The notes under the pieces: generated by a model
What the model was told of the DNA's origin: nothing
What the model saw: the letters and a program-made list of their open reading frames with translations, nothing else
Databases searched by the model: none
IMG/VR virus record: IMGVR_UViG_3300016643_000098
Coordinates: 1-30,886 of that record
DNA: 30,886 bases
Reading direction: 5' to 3' (one strand)
Source: a virus
Lineage: Duplodnaviria > Caudoviricetes
Position numbers and translations under genes: made by a program
Shown: one piece after another, positions 15,995 through 26,288 of the stretch
Layout: every line of letters starts with the position of its first letter
How positions within the stretch are numbered: position 1 is the stretch's first letter

Positions 15995-17317
15995 ATGTCA
16001 CTTACCAAAGTTTCTTATTCAATGATTACTGGATCACCAGTAAATGTGATGAATTACATGACAGCCGCGCAAATCGCCGATGTAATTTCGGGCGCGGATA
16101 CATTAGATGTGTCAAGTGCCATTAACGCAGCCATTACAGCTGCTGCGGCACAACAAGCAGCGAATCCTGTGCCAGGGCGACAACCAGGAAGTGTGTACTT
16201 TCCCGCTGGATCGTATCGGTGTGAATCAACAATCAACGCAGCAAGTATTGGTCAGTTGATTGGAGAATCACGAGACTCGGTAAAAATTCTTTGCTATGCA
16301 ACGCCAGCAGTTACTTGTGGGAATGCAACAAGTTTTTCAAACTTATATTTTCTAGGAAAAACGGGAAGCAGCACTTGTATTGCGTACCCAAGCGGCGCTT
16401 ATTTGCCACAAATTTTATGGAATGCGTTTAATTCATTCAACATTGGCATACATTTTCAAGGTTCATTTGGCATTACTAAGACATTAGTCGAAGGAAATTC
16501 GTTTGATTCAAATGTTACTGCGCTAAAAGCCGATGGCACATGTACAACATTAAGTGTAAAAAACAATCAATTTAACACTGGTGGAACATGTATTTTATGT
16601 GACAATTGTTTTAATTTTGAAATTACAGGCAACAACTTTGAAGATTACACGACACCGATAGTTGTCAATACGCAGTTAACTGTATCATTTATTGCTGTTA
16701 ATTGGTTTGAAAAAGCAGCCGCAGCCAGCGTAACGCCTTATACGGATAACACAGCGTCACCAGGATATTTTACGCTTAACAATTTCTTTTCTAACAGATA
16801 TATATCGACATCTACGCCGAATTATGGTATAAGTTCTATTGTTTCGGATGTTACCGGTTACTTGGAATACACAAAGCCGTCATTAGTAGATCCAAACGGC
16901 GGCGCACGGTATACAGTCACATCATATATTCCGTTACAAAATACAGCGGCAGCGTTTACCTCGCCTTATAGCTATACGTTTCGTACACAAGACGCGGTGG
17001 CATCGCAAACAGCGACCGGCGGCGATTTTGTGTTTCGCGCTGGAGCGGGATCAAACGGGGCAAGATATGGATCAATTAGACCTTATGCCGATACTAATGG
17101 CGTGTTAGGTGATCCGTCATATCGATGGAGTCAAATTTACTCACAAGAAATACGACCAGGTGGTGGAACCGTTATTTGGACATCTGGATCGGGAACGCCG
17201 GAAGCAGCCGTGACAGCGCCAATAGGATCATTATTTACAAGAACCGATGGCGGTGCAAATACAACCTTATATGTTAAGGAATCGGGAGCAGGCAATACAG
17301 GATGGGTAGCAAAATAA
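15995..17317 (+). CDS. Tailspike / beta-helix depolymerase (pectate lyase 3-like)
   Basis: AINAAI...VYFPAGSY cap, Asn-rich GNxF repeats, and C-terminal GSGTPE..VTAPIGSLF.RTDGGANTTLYVKESG. Confidence 0.85.
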   Translation: MSLTKVSYSMITGSPVNVMNYMTAAQIADVISGADTLDVSSAINAAITAAAAQQAANPVPGRQPGSVYFPAGSYRCESTINAASIGQLIGESRDSVKILCYATPAVTCGNATSFSNLYFLGKTGSSTCIAYPSGAYLPQILWNAFNSFNIGIHFQGSFGITKTLVEGNSFDSNVTALKADGTCTTLSVKNNQFNTGGTCILCDNCFNFEITGNNFEDYTTPIVVNTQLTVSFIAVNWFEKAAAASVTPYTDNTASPGYFTLNNFFSNRYISTSTPNYGISSIVSDVTGYLEYTKPSLVDPNGGARYTVTSYIPLQNTAAAFTSPYSYTFRTQDAVASQTATGGDFVFRAGAGSNGARYGSIRPYADTNGVLGDPSYRWSQIYSQEIRPGGGTVIWTSGSGTPEAAVTAPIGSLFTRTDGGANTTLYVKESGAGNTGWVAK

Positions 17318-17351
17318 CAAAGAAATAGATAGATAAGCTATAAGGCAAATC

Positions 17352-18326
17352 ATGGCAACACCGTATGACATTATTACGCGAGCAATGAAAGACATTGGCG
17401 CATTGGCTGCCGGAGAAATACCGACAGCGGATGAAGCCCAAGACGGATTAGATTTGCTTAATGACATGATTGCTCAGTGGTCAAATGAAAACATGATGGT
17501 GTTTTATCGCACGGAAATCATATTTCCATGCGTGCAAAACCAAATTCAGTACACCATCGGGCCAAGCGGCAACGTAGGTGCGGCGTTTACGGGGTCAATT
17601 AGTTTGACAACACTGACCGTTCCGTCGAATGCAGTGACATCCGGTGCCATCACCATCGGCATGACATTGACAGGCAGCGGCATCACGCCTGGCACGACCA
17701 TTGTGGGTTTTGGCACGGGTGCGGGCGGTAACGTCAATGAAGGCGGTACCTATACGGTCAGCATTTCCCAAACGGTGGCAAGCACAGCCATCACAGCGTA
17801 TTACGAGAGGCCACTGACTATTGAAAGCGCATTTGTGCGTGTCACGACAACAAGTAATGGCGTGCCGATTTACGGGGGTGGTTTGGACTATCCCATTACC
17901 ATTCTTAGCTTAGAAGAATACGAATCAATCGGTTTGAAATCGTTGAATGGGCCGTGGCCAAAAGCCTTGTATTACCAGCCATCGGAATTGTTGGGCACGA
18001 TTTACTTGTGGCCTAATCCAGCACAAGGTGAAATGCATTTGTTTACGCAAACCATCTTTCGAGAGTTTGGGGATTTGTACGGCACGATGCAGTTTCCGCA
18101 GGGCTACAACATGGCGCTGCGCTGGTGTCTTGCAGAGCGCATGATGCCGATGTACGGCAAGATGGGACAGCTGCAGATCCAACAGATCACCAATTACGCA
18201 GCGCAAGCCAAAGCAACCATCAAGCGAACCAACATGAAGCCGCCGCAAGTGTCCAAGTATCCGGACGTATTGATGACCGGACGGCCTAAAGATGCTGCGT
18301 TTATCCTTGATGGGGGCTTTAACTAA
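17352..18326 (+). CDS. Head-tail adaptor (P22 gp4-like) with inserted beta domain
   Basis: DIITRAMKDIGALAAGE.P...E..DGL..LNDM..W and FPQGYNMALRWCLA motifs; precedes the gp10-like gene. Confidence 0.75.
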   Translation: MATPYDIITRAMKDIGALAAGEIPTADEAQDGLDLLNDMIAQWSNENMMVFYRTEIIFPCVQNQIQYTIGPSGNVGAAFTGSISLTTLTVPSNAVTSGAITIGMTLTGSGITPGTTIVGFGTGAGGNVNEGGTYTVSISQTVASTAITAYYERPLTIESAFVRVTTTSNGVPIYGGGLDYPITILSLEEYESIGLKSLNGPWPKALYYQPSELLGTIYLWPNPAQGEMHLFTQTIFREFGDLYGTMQFPQGYNMALRWCLAERMMPMYGKMGQLQIQQITNYAAQAKATIKRTNMKPPQVSKYPDVLMTGRPKDAAFILDGGFN

Positions 18327-18337
18327 CGGGGACTTTG

Positions 18338-19909
18338 ATGCCTGATTTTGGGTTTGTTGGCGCGTCTTATACCACCAGGTCGATTTATCAAGATGACCAG
18401 GAATGCATCAATTTTTATCCGGAAATAGATCCGACCAAACAGCCAGGCAGCCGCGGTATTGTGGCGTTGTATCCCACGCCTGGCTTAGTCACAGAGATTG
18501 AATTGCCAGCAGCTGCGGAAGTGCGCGGCATGCGGGCGTTGTCGGGGCTGCAATATGCAATTGTGGTTTGTGGCAATGTGGTGTATCGCATCAATCAGGG
18601 TCTTGCGTATACCCAAGTTGGTACATTGACCACGAGTTCAGGGCCGGTGTCGATTACCGATAACGTGATGACAAGCCAAGGATTGACCGCATACATTGTG
18701 GATGGAGTCAATCGATACTATTACGTGGTGGCTACTAATACGTTTGTAACGCTGTCAGCATCTGATGGTGATTGGGTCGGTGCGACTGTCGTAGACACAG
18801 TGGACAACTACATCGCCTACAACGAGCCTGGCACGCAGAATTGGGCGGTTACGGATCTTGGTTCGCCGTTATCAACAACGGGACTATACGGTGCGAAAGA
18901 TGGTTCACCGGACACGTTGGTGGCATTGATTGTCGATCACCGCCAAGTTTATTTGTTGGGTGAGGTGACATCGGAAGTATGGATTGATGTAGGCAGTCAG
19001 ATCCCAGGACTAGTAACGTTTCCATTCCAGCGGATTTCCGGTGCGTCAAGTCAAAACGGCATTGGTGCCGCGTTTTCAATTGCGCGATTTGCAGAAACCT
19101 TTATGTTTTTGTCACGCGATACCTTGGGAACGGCCACGATTGGCATGATGAAGGGCTATGAATACCAAAGAGTATCAACCCATGCGGTGGAAAACAGCCT
19201 GGTTGGATACGATGTCAGCGATGCGCGGGCATGGGCATTTCAGATTGAAGGCCATGAGTTTTACGTCATCAGTTTCCCGCAGATCGATTTGACATGGGTC
19301 TATGACCTAGCCACGCAGCAATGGTTCAAATGGCTTTATTGGAATGCACCAGCAAGTGTGTATGAGCGGCATCGGGCGCAGTGCGGTATTGCGTTTGCCA
19401 ACAAAAACTTGGTTGGCGACTATGAGAACGGCAAGATTTACAGCCTTGACTTTGATACGTATACAGACGCGGGCAATCCGATACGGCGGCTGCGGCGGGC
19501 ACCGCACTTAACAACAGACTTACAACGGCAGTTTTTTGAAGAATTTCAGATCCAGTTTCAGCCTGGTGTTGGTTTGACGGGAACGATGGGTTTACCAACA
19601 ATATATTTGACAGTAGAAACAAATGAATATTTGATTACCGAAGCAGGTGATTTTTTAATTGCCGATCAAACAACACCTATTGTTCAAGGAAGTGATCCGC
19701 AAGCAATGTTGCGGTGGTCAAACGATGGCGGGTCAACCTGGTCGAATGAACATTGGACAACGATTGGAAAAATTGGCAGTTATCAAAATCGCGCGATTTG
19801 GCGGCGATTGGGTTGGTCGCGTGATCGAATCTTTGAAGTGGCCATCAGCGATCCAGTGAAAGCAGTCATTATTTCCGCGAATTTGAAAGCCAGTGCGGGT
19901 GACAACTGA
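18338..19909 (+). CDS. Tail hub / DNA stabilization protein (P22 gp10-like)
   Basis: ECINFYPE, LYPTPGL, RVSTHAVE, WVYDLAT and LRWSNDGGSTW motifs. Confidence 0.88.
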   Translation: MPDFGFVGASYTTRSIYQDDQECINFYPEIDPTKQPGSRGIVALYPTPGLVTEIELPAAAEVRGMRALSGLQYAIVVCGNVVYRINQGLAYTQVGTLTTSSGPVSITDNVMTSQGLTAYIVDGVNRYYYVVATNTFVTLSASDGDWVGATVVDTVDNYIAYNEPGTQNWAVTDLGSPLSTTGLYGAKDGSPDTLVALIVDHRQVYLLGEVTSEVWIDVGSQIPGLVTFPFQRISGASSQNGIGAAFSIARFAETFMFLSRDTLGTATIGMMKGYEYQRVSTHAVENSLVGYDVSDARAWAFQIEGHEFYVISFPQIDLTWVYDLATQQWFKWLYWNAPASVYERHRAQCGIAFANKNLVGDYENGKIYSLDFDTYTDAGNPIRRLRRAPHLTTDLQRQFFEEFQIQFQPGVGLTGTMGLPTIYLTVETNEYLITEAGDFLIADQTTPIVQGSDPQAMLRWSNDGGSTWSNEHWTTIGKIGSYQNRAIWRRLGWSRDRIFEVAISDPVKAVIISANLKASAGDN

Positions 19910-20703
19910 TGGCAAGTCTTACAAACACGAGGTTTCCAACAAGCCCGTTTATTGAACCGGTCACTGGCAGGCCATCGAGAGAATGGATTGTGTGGCTGCA
20001 AAGCCCACAATTTGTGACGTTGAATCTTAGCGTTGCTTTAGCCATTGATTCAGGTGGCACAGGGCTAAACACGTTACCGACTAACGGCCAATTGTTGATT
20101 GGTAACAATAACGCGTATTCGTTGAATACCCTGACGGCGGGCACCGGCATATCAGTGACCAACGGGCCAGGCACGATCACGATTGCCAATACCGGTGTGT
20201 TGTCGTTTTCTGCGGGTGCAACGGGATTAACGCCCAACACGCCGACCACGGGCGCTCTAGTCTTAGGCGGGGTGTTGAATGCAGCCAGTGGCGGTACAGG
20301 GCAATCATCTTACACAGTGGGTGATTTGTTGTTTGCATCCGGAATTACAGCGCTTTCCAAATTGCCGGATGTGGCCACGGGAAATGCGTTGATTTCAGGC
20401 GGTGTAGGGGTAGCGCCGTCTTACGGAAAGATTGGTTTGACCACACATGTCAGCGGCATCTTGCCTGTGGCAAACGGCGGTACGGGCGACAGCACTTATA
20501 CCAATGGTCAATTGTTGATCGGTAACACCACGGGCAATACGTTGACCAAAGCCACGCTGACAGCGGGATCGAATATTGCGATTACCAACGGCACGGGATC
20601 GATTGCGATTGCGACAACAGGCGCAACCGGATCGTTTTTATCGGCAAATATACCGCCACTGACGGTCACCGTGGTTAACGGCATCATTACAAGTATTGTA
20701 TGA
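19909..20703 (+). CDS. Tail needle/fibre-like protein with GGTG repeats
   Basis: Occupies the gp26 position; three GGTG units, two of them with NGQLLIGN. Confidence 0.65.
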   Translation: MASLTNTRFPTSPFIEPVTGRPSREWIVWLQSPQFVTLNLSVALAIDSGGTGLNTLPTNGQLLIGNNNAYSLNTLTAGTGISVTNGPGTITIANTGVLSFSAGATGLTPNTPTTGALVLGGVLNAASGGTGQSSYTVGDLLFASGITALSKLPDVATGNALISGGVGVAPSYGKIGLTTHVSGILPVANGGTGDSTYTNGQLLIGNTTGNTLTKATLTAGSNIAITNGTGSIAIATTGATGSFLSANIPPLTVTVVNGIITSIV

Positions 20704-21053
20704 CCACCAAAATCACAGACAAGCGTGAAGTAGCACTGCGGATTGGCTATGATGCTACGGATTGGACAAAGCCTATGACGTTTGAAGCCTATCAACAAGG
20801 TTTGGCAGATTGGGATGTGCAGTGCATAGAACGTAATGATGAACCTATCGGTGCGATATTTCGTAAGGGTGATGAGTTGCATCTATCGGTGCTTCCGAAA
20901 TGGCGTGGAAACTGGTTGACCAAAGGCTTGTATAAAGAACTGTTTTTAGGCAAAAAAGTGGTGACGCAAGTTACGCCAGGGTTTGAGCAAATGTATGCTG
21001 TGCTTGAGCGACTAGGATTTCGTAAAGAAAACGGTGTGTTAGTAAAGGAATAG
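20700..21053 (+). CDS. GNAT-fold protein (P22 gp14 position)
   Basis: ELHLSVLPKWRGNW and LERLGF motifs; lies before the ejection genes. Confidence 0.65.
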   Translation: MTTKITDKREVALRIGYDATDWTKPMTFEAYQQGLADWDVQCIERNDEPIGAIFRKGDELHLSVLPKWRGNWLTKGLYKELFLGKKVVTQVTPGFEQMYAVLERLGFRKENGVLVKE

Positions 21054-21055
21054 AC

Positions 21056-21784
21056 ATGGGCATTGAAACCGCTTTACTTGCATCGGCAGCCGCTTCGTTG
21101 ATTGGTGGCGGCATGCAAGCGAGTGCTGCGCGATCAGCTGCAGCAACGCAAGCACAAGCCGCACGAGAAGCGCAAGAGATCCAAGCACAGCTAGGCCGTG
21201 AAAATTTGGGCTTTCAGCGTGAAGTCTATGGCAAAGGCTTGGAACTTAGCGAGCCATATCGTCAAGCAGGCTATGGAGCATTGACACGGATTGGTGAGCT
21301 GCTGCCTGGTCTAACGTCACCGGTAAGCCGCCAGGAAATCATGGGCTTGCCTGGCTATCAATTTGCCATTGAGCAGGGCACCGGTGCTGCAAGACAAATG
21401 GCGAATGTGGCAGGCGGTGGATCGAATGTGGATCGAGCAGCGCAGAAGTTTGCGATTGATTACACCGTAGGCACGGCAATGCCGCAAGTGTTGGCGCAGC
21501 GGTCAAATATTTACAACACGTTGGCAGGCATTGCAGGATTAGGGCAAACAGGATCGGGACAAGGCATTACGGCAGGCACGGCTGCGGGCACGAACATCGG
21601 CAACATTTACGGAAACCTTGCGGGTGGTTTAGGACAAACGGCCATTGGTGCCGGAAGTGCGTTAGCAGCCGGTCAAATTGGATCAGCTAATGCCTTAGCC
21701 GGTGGTTTGGGCAATATCGGCAATACAGCACTTATGTATCAATTGTTGCAACGACCGCCAGCAACCATACCCACGCCAGGTTAG
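21056..21784 (+). CDS. DNA ejection/pilot protein (P22 gp7-like)
   Basis: Ala/Gly-rich, with PYRQAGYGAL and PGYQFAIEQG motifs. Confidence 0.8.
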   Translation: MGIETALLASAAASLIGGGMQASAARSAAATQAQAAREAQEIQAQLGRENLGFQREVYGKGLELSEPYRQAGYGALTRIGELLPGLTSPVSRQEIMGLPGYQFAIEQGTGAARQMANVAGGGSNVDRAAQKFAIDYTVGTAMPQVLAQRSNIYNTLAGIAGLGQTGSGQGITAGTAAGTNIGNIYGNLAGGLGQTAIGAGSALAAGQIGSANALAGGLGNIGNTALMYQLLQRPPATIPTPG

Positions 21785-21792
21785 GAAAGGCC

Positions 21793-23427
21793 ATGACTAC
21801 ATCATTAACTGTCAATCCTGTAGCCACGCAAATCAAACCGATGCCCACGATGAGTTTGGGCGAGATGATGAACTTTGCGCGTGGCGCACAACAATATCAG
21901 CAAGAACAAATTGCGTTGACGCTGGAGCAACAGAAAGAACAGGAACGCGCACGCATTCAGGAATTGATGCGTGATCCGGCGTTGTTTCAAACGCCTGAAG
22001 GCCGCATGGACATCGAAAGGTTGAATCAATTGGTGCCGCGGATTGCACCGCTGACAGGGCCAGCATTGGTACAACAGCTGACAACTTTAGATACCAATCA
22101 AACCGCAGCCGCACAAGCCGCGCAGAATCTAACCCAAGATCAGCGCACGATGATTGCGTCACGATTGGCCATCATGGGTCGGTTAGGGGTCAAAGATCCA
22201 GGCGCTTATATCGCGGAATTAGATCAATTACGCGCAGAAAACCCCAACAATCCGCAGTTACATCGGTTGACCGAGGCATACAAAAACACGCTTAAAGTTT
22301 TGCCGCCTGGCGCAGATTTGCCATCGTTGGCCATTTCAGGGGCAAATTCGTTGCTGTCACCGCAAACGCAGCAACAAGCATTTACGCCACAGATAGGAAC
22401 CATCGGCACAGGTGCGGCGACATTCCAAACAACAACACGGCCATCGATTGCGGGCGAAGTGCCGACAGTTCAAGTGGCACAACAACCTATGGTGACCGCG
22501 CAACTACCACCAAGTGCGCGGGAAGTGCCGACAGGCCAAGTCGATGTGCAAAATCGTCCGATTGTCAACGTGTTTGATGCCAACGGACGTTTTGTGGGGC
22601 AACGTGTTGCAGCAGAAACGCCGACCGCAAAAGACATACCAGGTGCAACGCTGCCTACCCCTACGGGCCAACCGCCGATGCAGCCGCCGATGCAGCCTGG
22701 AATGCAGCCAGGCGTGCAAGTAAGCGTGGTGCGACCGGCAGACATCATACAAAGACCAGGACAAGAACCTACGCCGGTAGCACGGTTGCGCCCAGGCGAA
22801 ACACAGCAAACAAGTCAGGCGGCAGATCAAATACGTATGGGCGCAGCGAATGCTGCAGCGCAAGTGCCTTTGCAAACGTTCAATAACAATCAAATCATCA
22901 AACTGGCCGATGATGTCATTTTAGGCCGTGGCGCACAATTTATTGGCGCGTTGTCCGGTGGTTATGCAGCGCTGCCGTTTACAACAGACAATGCTACAAA
23001 TTTGAATCAGTTAGGGCATTACATGGCGCTGCAGACCGCATCACTAGCGCAGTCATCAGGATTGGCGGGCACGGATGCAGCACGAAATATTGCGGGTGAA
23101 GTTGCCGGAACAACGAATTGGACAGCACCGGCGATCAAACAAACCGCACGGGTCAATCGTTCATTATCGACAGCCACGGACTTGTTCAATCAAGGCGTGC
23201 AAAACGCATTTAATCGAACCAAAGATCCCATATCAGCACGAGACTTTCAAAATCAGTGGTCGCAAACGGTAGACATCAATGCGGTGCGATTGTTTGATGC
23301 CATGCGAAACAATGACAAGGAAGCAATTAGGGAAGTGGTGACGGCAGCGGGCGGGCCTAATTCGCCTGGTTACAAGCGATTGGTGACAAACATCGGAGCG
23401 ATGCAACGACTGATTCAGGGGCGATGA
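21793..23427 (+). CDS. DNA ejection protein (gp20 position)
   Basis: Gln/Pro/Ala-rich, 544 aa, between the gp7-like gene and the large ejection gene. Confidence 0.65.
   Translation: MTTSLTVNPVATQIKPMPTMSLGEMMNFARGAQQYQQEQIALTLEQQKEQERARIQELMRDPALFQTPEGRMDIERLNQLVPRIAPLTGPALVQQLTTLDTNQTAAAQAAQNLTQDQRTMIASRLAIMGRLGVKDPGAYIAELDQLRAENPNNPQLHRLTEAYKNTLKVLPPGADLPSLAISGANSLLSPQTQQQAFTPQIGTIGTGAATFQTTTRPSIAGEVPTVQVAQQPMVTAQLPPSAREVPTGQVDVQNRPIVNVFDANGRFVGQRVAAETPTAKDIPGATLPTPTGQPPMQPPMQPGMQPGVQVSVVRPADIIQRPGQEPTPVARLRPGETQQTSQAADQIRMGAANAAAQVPLQTFNNNQIIKLADDVILGRGAQFIGALSGGYAALPFTTDNATNLNQLGHYMALQTASLAQSSGLAGTDAARNIAGEVAGTTNWTAPAIKQTARVNRSLSTATDLFNQGVQNAFNRTKDPISARDFQNQWSQTVDINAVRLFDAMRNNDKEAIREVVTAAGGPNSPGYKRLVTNIGAMQRLIQGR
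22669..22716 (+). repeat. Four 12-nt tandem units encoding QPPM/QPGM
   Basis: CAACCGCCGATG CAGCCGCCGATG CAGCCTGGAATG CAGCCAGGCGTG. Confidence 0.8.
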
Positions 23428-26042
23428 TGGCCACAGAACTTTTTGATCCAGCAAGCATCGATGCTGCGGTGAACGACGCGTTTGGCGTAAAGCCGCCAAA
23501 ACAACAGCCGCCATCAAAGCAACAACCAGCACCGCTGCGAACCAACAATCCAGGCGCATTGATGCCTGGTGGCAAGATGGCGCAGTACGGCAGCATGGAA
23601 GAAGGGCTGCAAGCACTTGATCGCAATTTGCAATCCTATGGCAAGCAAGGCATCAATACGCTGGCTGGAGTCATTAACAAATGGTCGCCAGGCAATGCAC
23701 CAGGCAACACGCCGCAAGCCACGCAAAACTACATCAACCATGTAGCCAAGGTCACGGGCTTAAAGCCAGACCAACCCATCGATTTATCTAATCCTTTAGT
23801 GCGGTTGCAGCTTACCGCGGGCATTACGCAATTTGAGAGCGGGCCTGGTGCGATTTATGGGGCACCACCAAGACAAGCGCAAACAGCAAAGCCGCAGAAT
23901 TTGCCGCCGAGCATGCAACCGCCACCAAGAGCGCAGCTAACAGATGCAAGCCCATGGCGCGTTGATGTAGCGGGGGTTAGCGATGAATCAATGGCAGAAA
24001 TGCGTGCAGCGGAGAAAACGCCAAGCCAGTTGACGGTCGAAGACTTGATGAAACCGGAAGCCATTGATGCAGCAGTAGCTGAAGCCTTTAGTACACCGCC
24101 GCCGCCGACTAAAACCGAAAAAACCGCTAGTGCTGTGGGCGAAAAAGTGCGATCCTTTTTGCGCGGCAGCGCGGCATTAGCTGACACGCTTTATAGTCCA
24201 GTGCCCGCGGTGGCTGGCATGGTGACCTATGCCGGAGCGAGAGCTGCGGGCGAAACGGAAGAACAAGCCCTAGCACGCAAGGCGACTGTGGTAGGCACGT
24301 TAGAAAAGCCGATAGGCAAGGCAGCAGGCGTGACAGAAACGCCGGAGTATAAAGCCGAGGTATCGCAACGGTTAGCAGAATTTATTAGTGAGAATGTTGG
24401 CAAGGGCGCGGATTGGATCAGTGAGAAAACCGGCATACCTAAAGGCGATGTTGAATATTACTTAGAACTCGGAATGACGGCAGCGCCATTTTCGCGCACC
24501 AGTCAACGTGTCGGGCAAGCGGTAGGAACGGAGGCGGGCTACGCAGCTGAAGCAGCGCTTACAGGCGCAAGGGCGGTTACACCGCAAGTGATACAGCGGC
24601 CCATCGCACGAGCTGCGGAAGCAGTTGCACCAGGTGTCACGCAAAGATTTCCACCGGCACGGCCAACACCAGTTACACCACCGCCAAGAACAGAACCGCA
24701 AGTGCCCGCATTTGGCAGTGTTGGTGCGGCAGCTGTGCCGGATGTCGTAACCATTCGCCAGGCATTGCAATCAGCTACGCCGGAATTTCAGCAGATGTAC
24801 GGCAATATGCCTTTAGACAAAGCAAACATACGCGTACTTATGCGGGATTTAGAGGCTGATTCGTTGCCTATTCCTATGCGTTTGACGGAGGGGATGGCCA
24901 CACAAGACCCTGTGAAAATTTCACGCGAACAAAATTTAAGAGGGCAACAGCCAGAGATGGCATATCGCATCAATAAGTTGAACGAACAATTGGTAGAAAA
25001 CGTTCCATTGATCCGCGAACGCGCAGCGCCGGATGTCTATGCTACAAAAACAATAGAATCAAGCCAAGCGTTGATTGATGCTTACAAAGCCTTGGATGAT
25101 ACGCGCAGCGCGGAAATAAGTAAGGCATACAAAGCCTTGGAAGATGCAGCAGGCGGCGAATTTCCTGTTGATGGCGTGACGCTGGCGCAAAACGCCGAAG
25201 CAGCACTGGCCAAAAAACTTAAGACCGACTTTTTGCCATCAGGCATTAAAAATCAACTTGAACGGTTTAAGAACGGCGAACCAATGACGTTTGAGCAATT
25301 TGAGGCCATGCGTACAAACCTGGCAGCGGAAATCCGCAAAGCCGAAAGAACGGGTGACGGCAACGCAGCAATGGCATCAAGCATCGTGCGCGAAGCTCTG
25401 GAAAACTTGCCGCTTAAAGGAGAATCTGCCGCTTTAAAACCTTTGGCTGATACCGCTCGCAGCCTGGCCAAATCACGATTCGATGCGTTGAAAAAAGATC
25501 CAGCCTACAAAGCAGCAGTCGATGATACGGTGCCAGCAGACAAGTATTTTGATAAGTTTGTGATTGGTGGCATCAACAAAAACATCAACACCATGGTTAA
25601 TACACTGGGCCGCGATTCAGTAGCGCACCAACACATGAAAGCTGGCACGATCAATTGGTTGTCTGACAAAGCAGGCATCATCGAAGGGCGCGGCAATTTT
25701 AGCCAGGCCAACTACAACAAGGCCGTCAAAAAATTAGATGATGTAAAAAACTTTCAGGCTATTTTTGATCCTGAAAGCCAACTGCAGCTGCGTACTTTGG
25801 GCAATGTGGCGGCCTACACGCAATTCCAGCCACGCGGGGCATTTGTCAATAATTCCAATACCTTAGTGGCATATCTTGCAAGCAAGGGTGCAGGGGCACT
25901 AGAGCAAGCGGGCAATATCGCAGGGTTGAAAACTTTTGGTTATCCTTTAGGATCAGAAGCCAGGCGCGTGATTCGCAGCGCACGAGAGCGGCAAGAAGTA
26001 CAAAAAGCATTGCAACCTGGTGCGGGAAGATTTGAGGAATAA
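23424..26042 (+). CDS. Large DNA ejection protein (gp16 position) with N-terminal lysozyme-like domain
   Basis: RTNNPGAL...GINTLAGVINKWSP...NYINHV...ITQFESG resembles virion-associated muralytic domains. Confidence 0.75.
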   Translation: MMATELFDPASIDAAVNDAFGVKPPKQQPPSKQQPAPLRTNNPGALMPGGKMAQYGSMEEGLQALDRNLQSYGKQGINTLAGVINKWSPGNAPGNTPQATQNYINHVAKVTGLKPDQPIDLSNPLVRLQLTAGITQFESGPGAIYGAPPRQAQTAKPQNLPPSMQPPPRAQLTDASPWRVDVAGVSDESMAEMRAAEKTPSQLTVEDLMKPEAIDAAVAEAFSTPPPPTKTEKTASAVGEKVRSFLRGSAALADTLYSPVPAVAGMVTYAGARAAGETEEQALARKATVVGTLEKPIGKAAGVTETPEYKAEVSQRLAEFISENVGKGADWISEKTGIPKGDVEYYLELGMTAAPFSRTSQRVGQAVGTEAGYAAEAALTGARAVTPQVIQRPIARAAEAVAPGVTQRFPPARPTPVTPPPRTEPQVPAFGSVGAAAVPDVVTIRQALQSATPEFQQMYGNMPLDKANIRVLMRDLEADSLPIPMRLTEGMATQDPVKISREQNLRGQQPEMAYRINKLNEQLVENVPLIRERAAPDVYATKTIESSQALIDAYKALDDTRSAEISKAYKALEDAAGGEFPVDGVTLAQNAEAALAKKLKTDFLPSGIKNQLERFKNGEPMTFEQFEAMRTNLAAEIRKAERTGDGNAAMASSIVREALENLPLKGESAALKPLADTARSLAKSRFDALKKDPAYKAAVDDTVPADKYFDKFVIGGINKNINTMVNTLGRDSVAHQHMKAGTINWLSDKAGIIEGRGNFSQANYNKAVKKLDDVKNFQAIFDPESQLQLRTLGNVAAYTQFQPRGAFVNNSNTLVAYLASKGAGALEQAGNIAGLKTFGYPLGSEARRVIRSARERQEVQKALQPGAGRFEE

Positions 26043-26051
26043 GGGCCATTC

Positions 26052-26288
26052 ATGTTTGATGACACAAATTTTGATCCGGTCAAGTACGGCGTACTGTGGC
26101 AAAAAGTGCAGGATTACGAGCGCCGATTTGATGACATGGACAAAAAGATGGACAAGATGGAAGACAACCTGGAAAAGTTGGTTGCGCTTGCCAATCAAGG
26201 TTGGGGTGGCTTTTGGATGGGTATGGCCATTGTGTCTTTTATATCCACAGCCATGGGTTGGCTGATGTCTTGGATCAATAGACACTGA
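26052..26288 (+). CDS. Holin/antiholin-like membrane protein (coiled coil plus C-terminal TM)
   Basis: Coiled coil followed by the hydrophobic stretch GFWMGMAIVSFISTAMGWLM; first gene of the lysis cassette. Confidence 0.6.
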   Translation: MFDDTNFDPVKYGVLWQKVQDYERRFDDMDKKMDKMEDNLEKLVALANQGWGGFWMGMAIVSFISTAMGWLMSWINRH

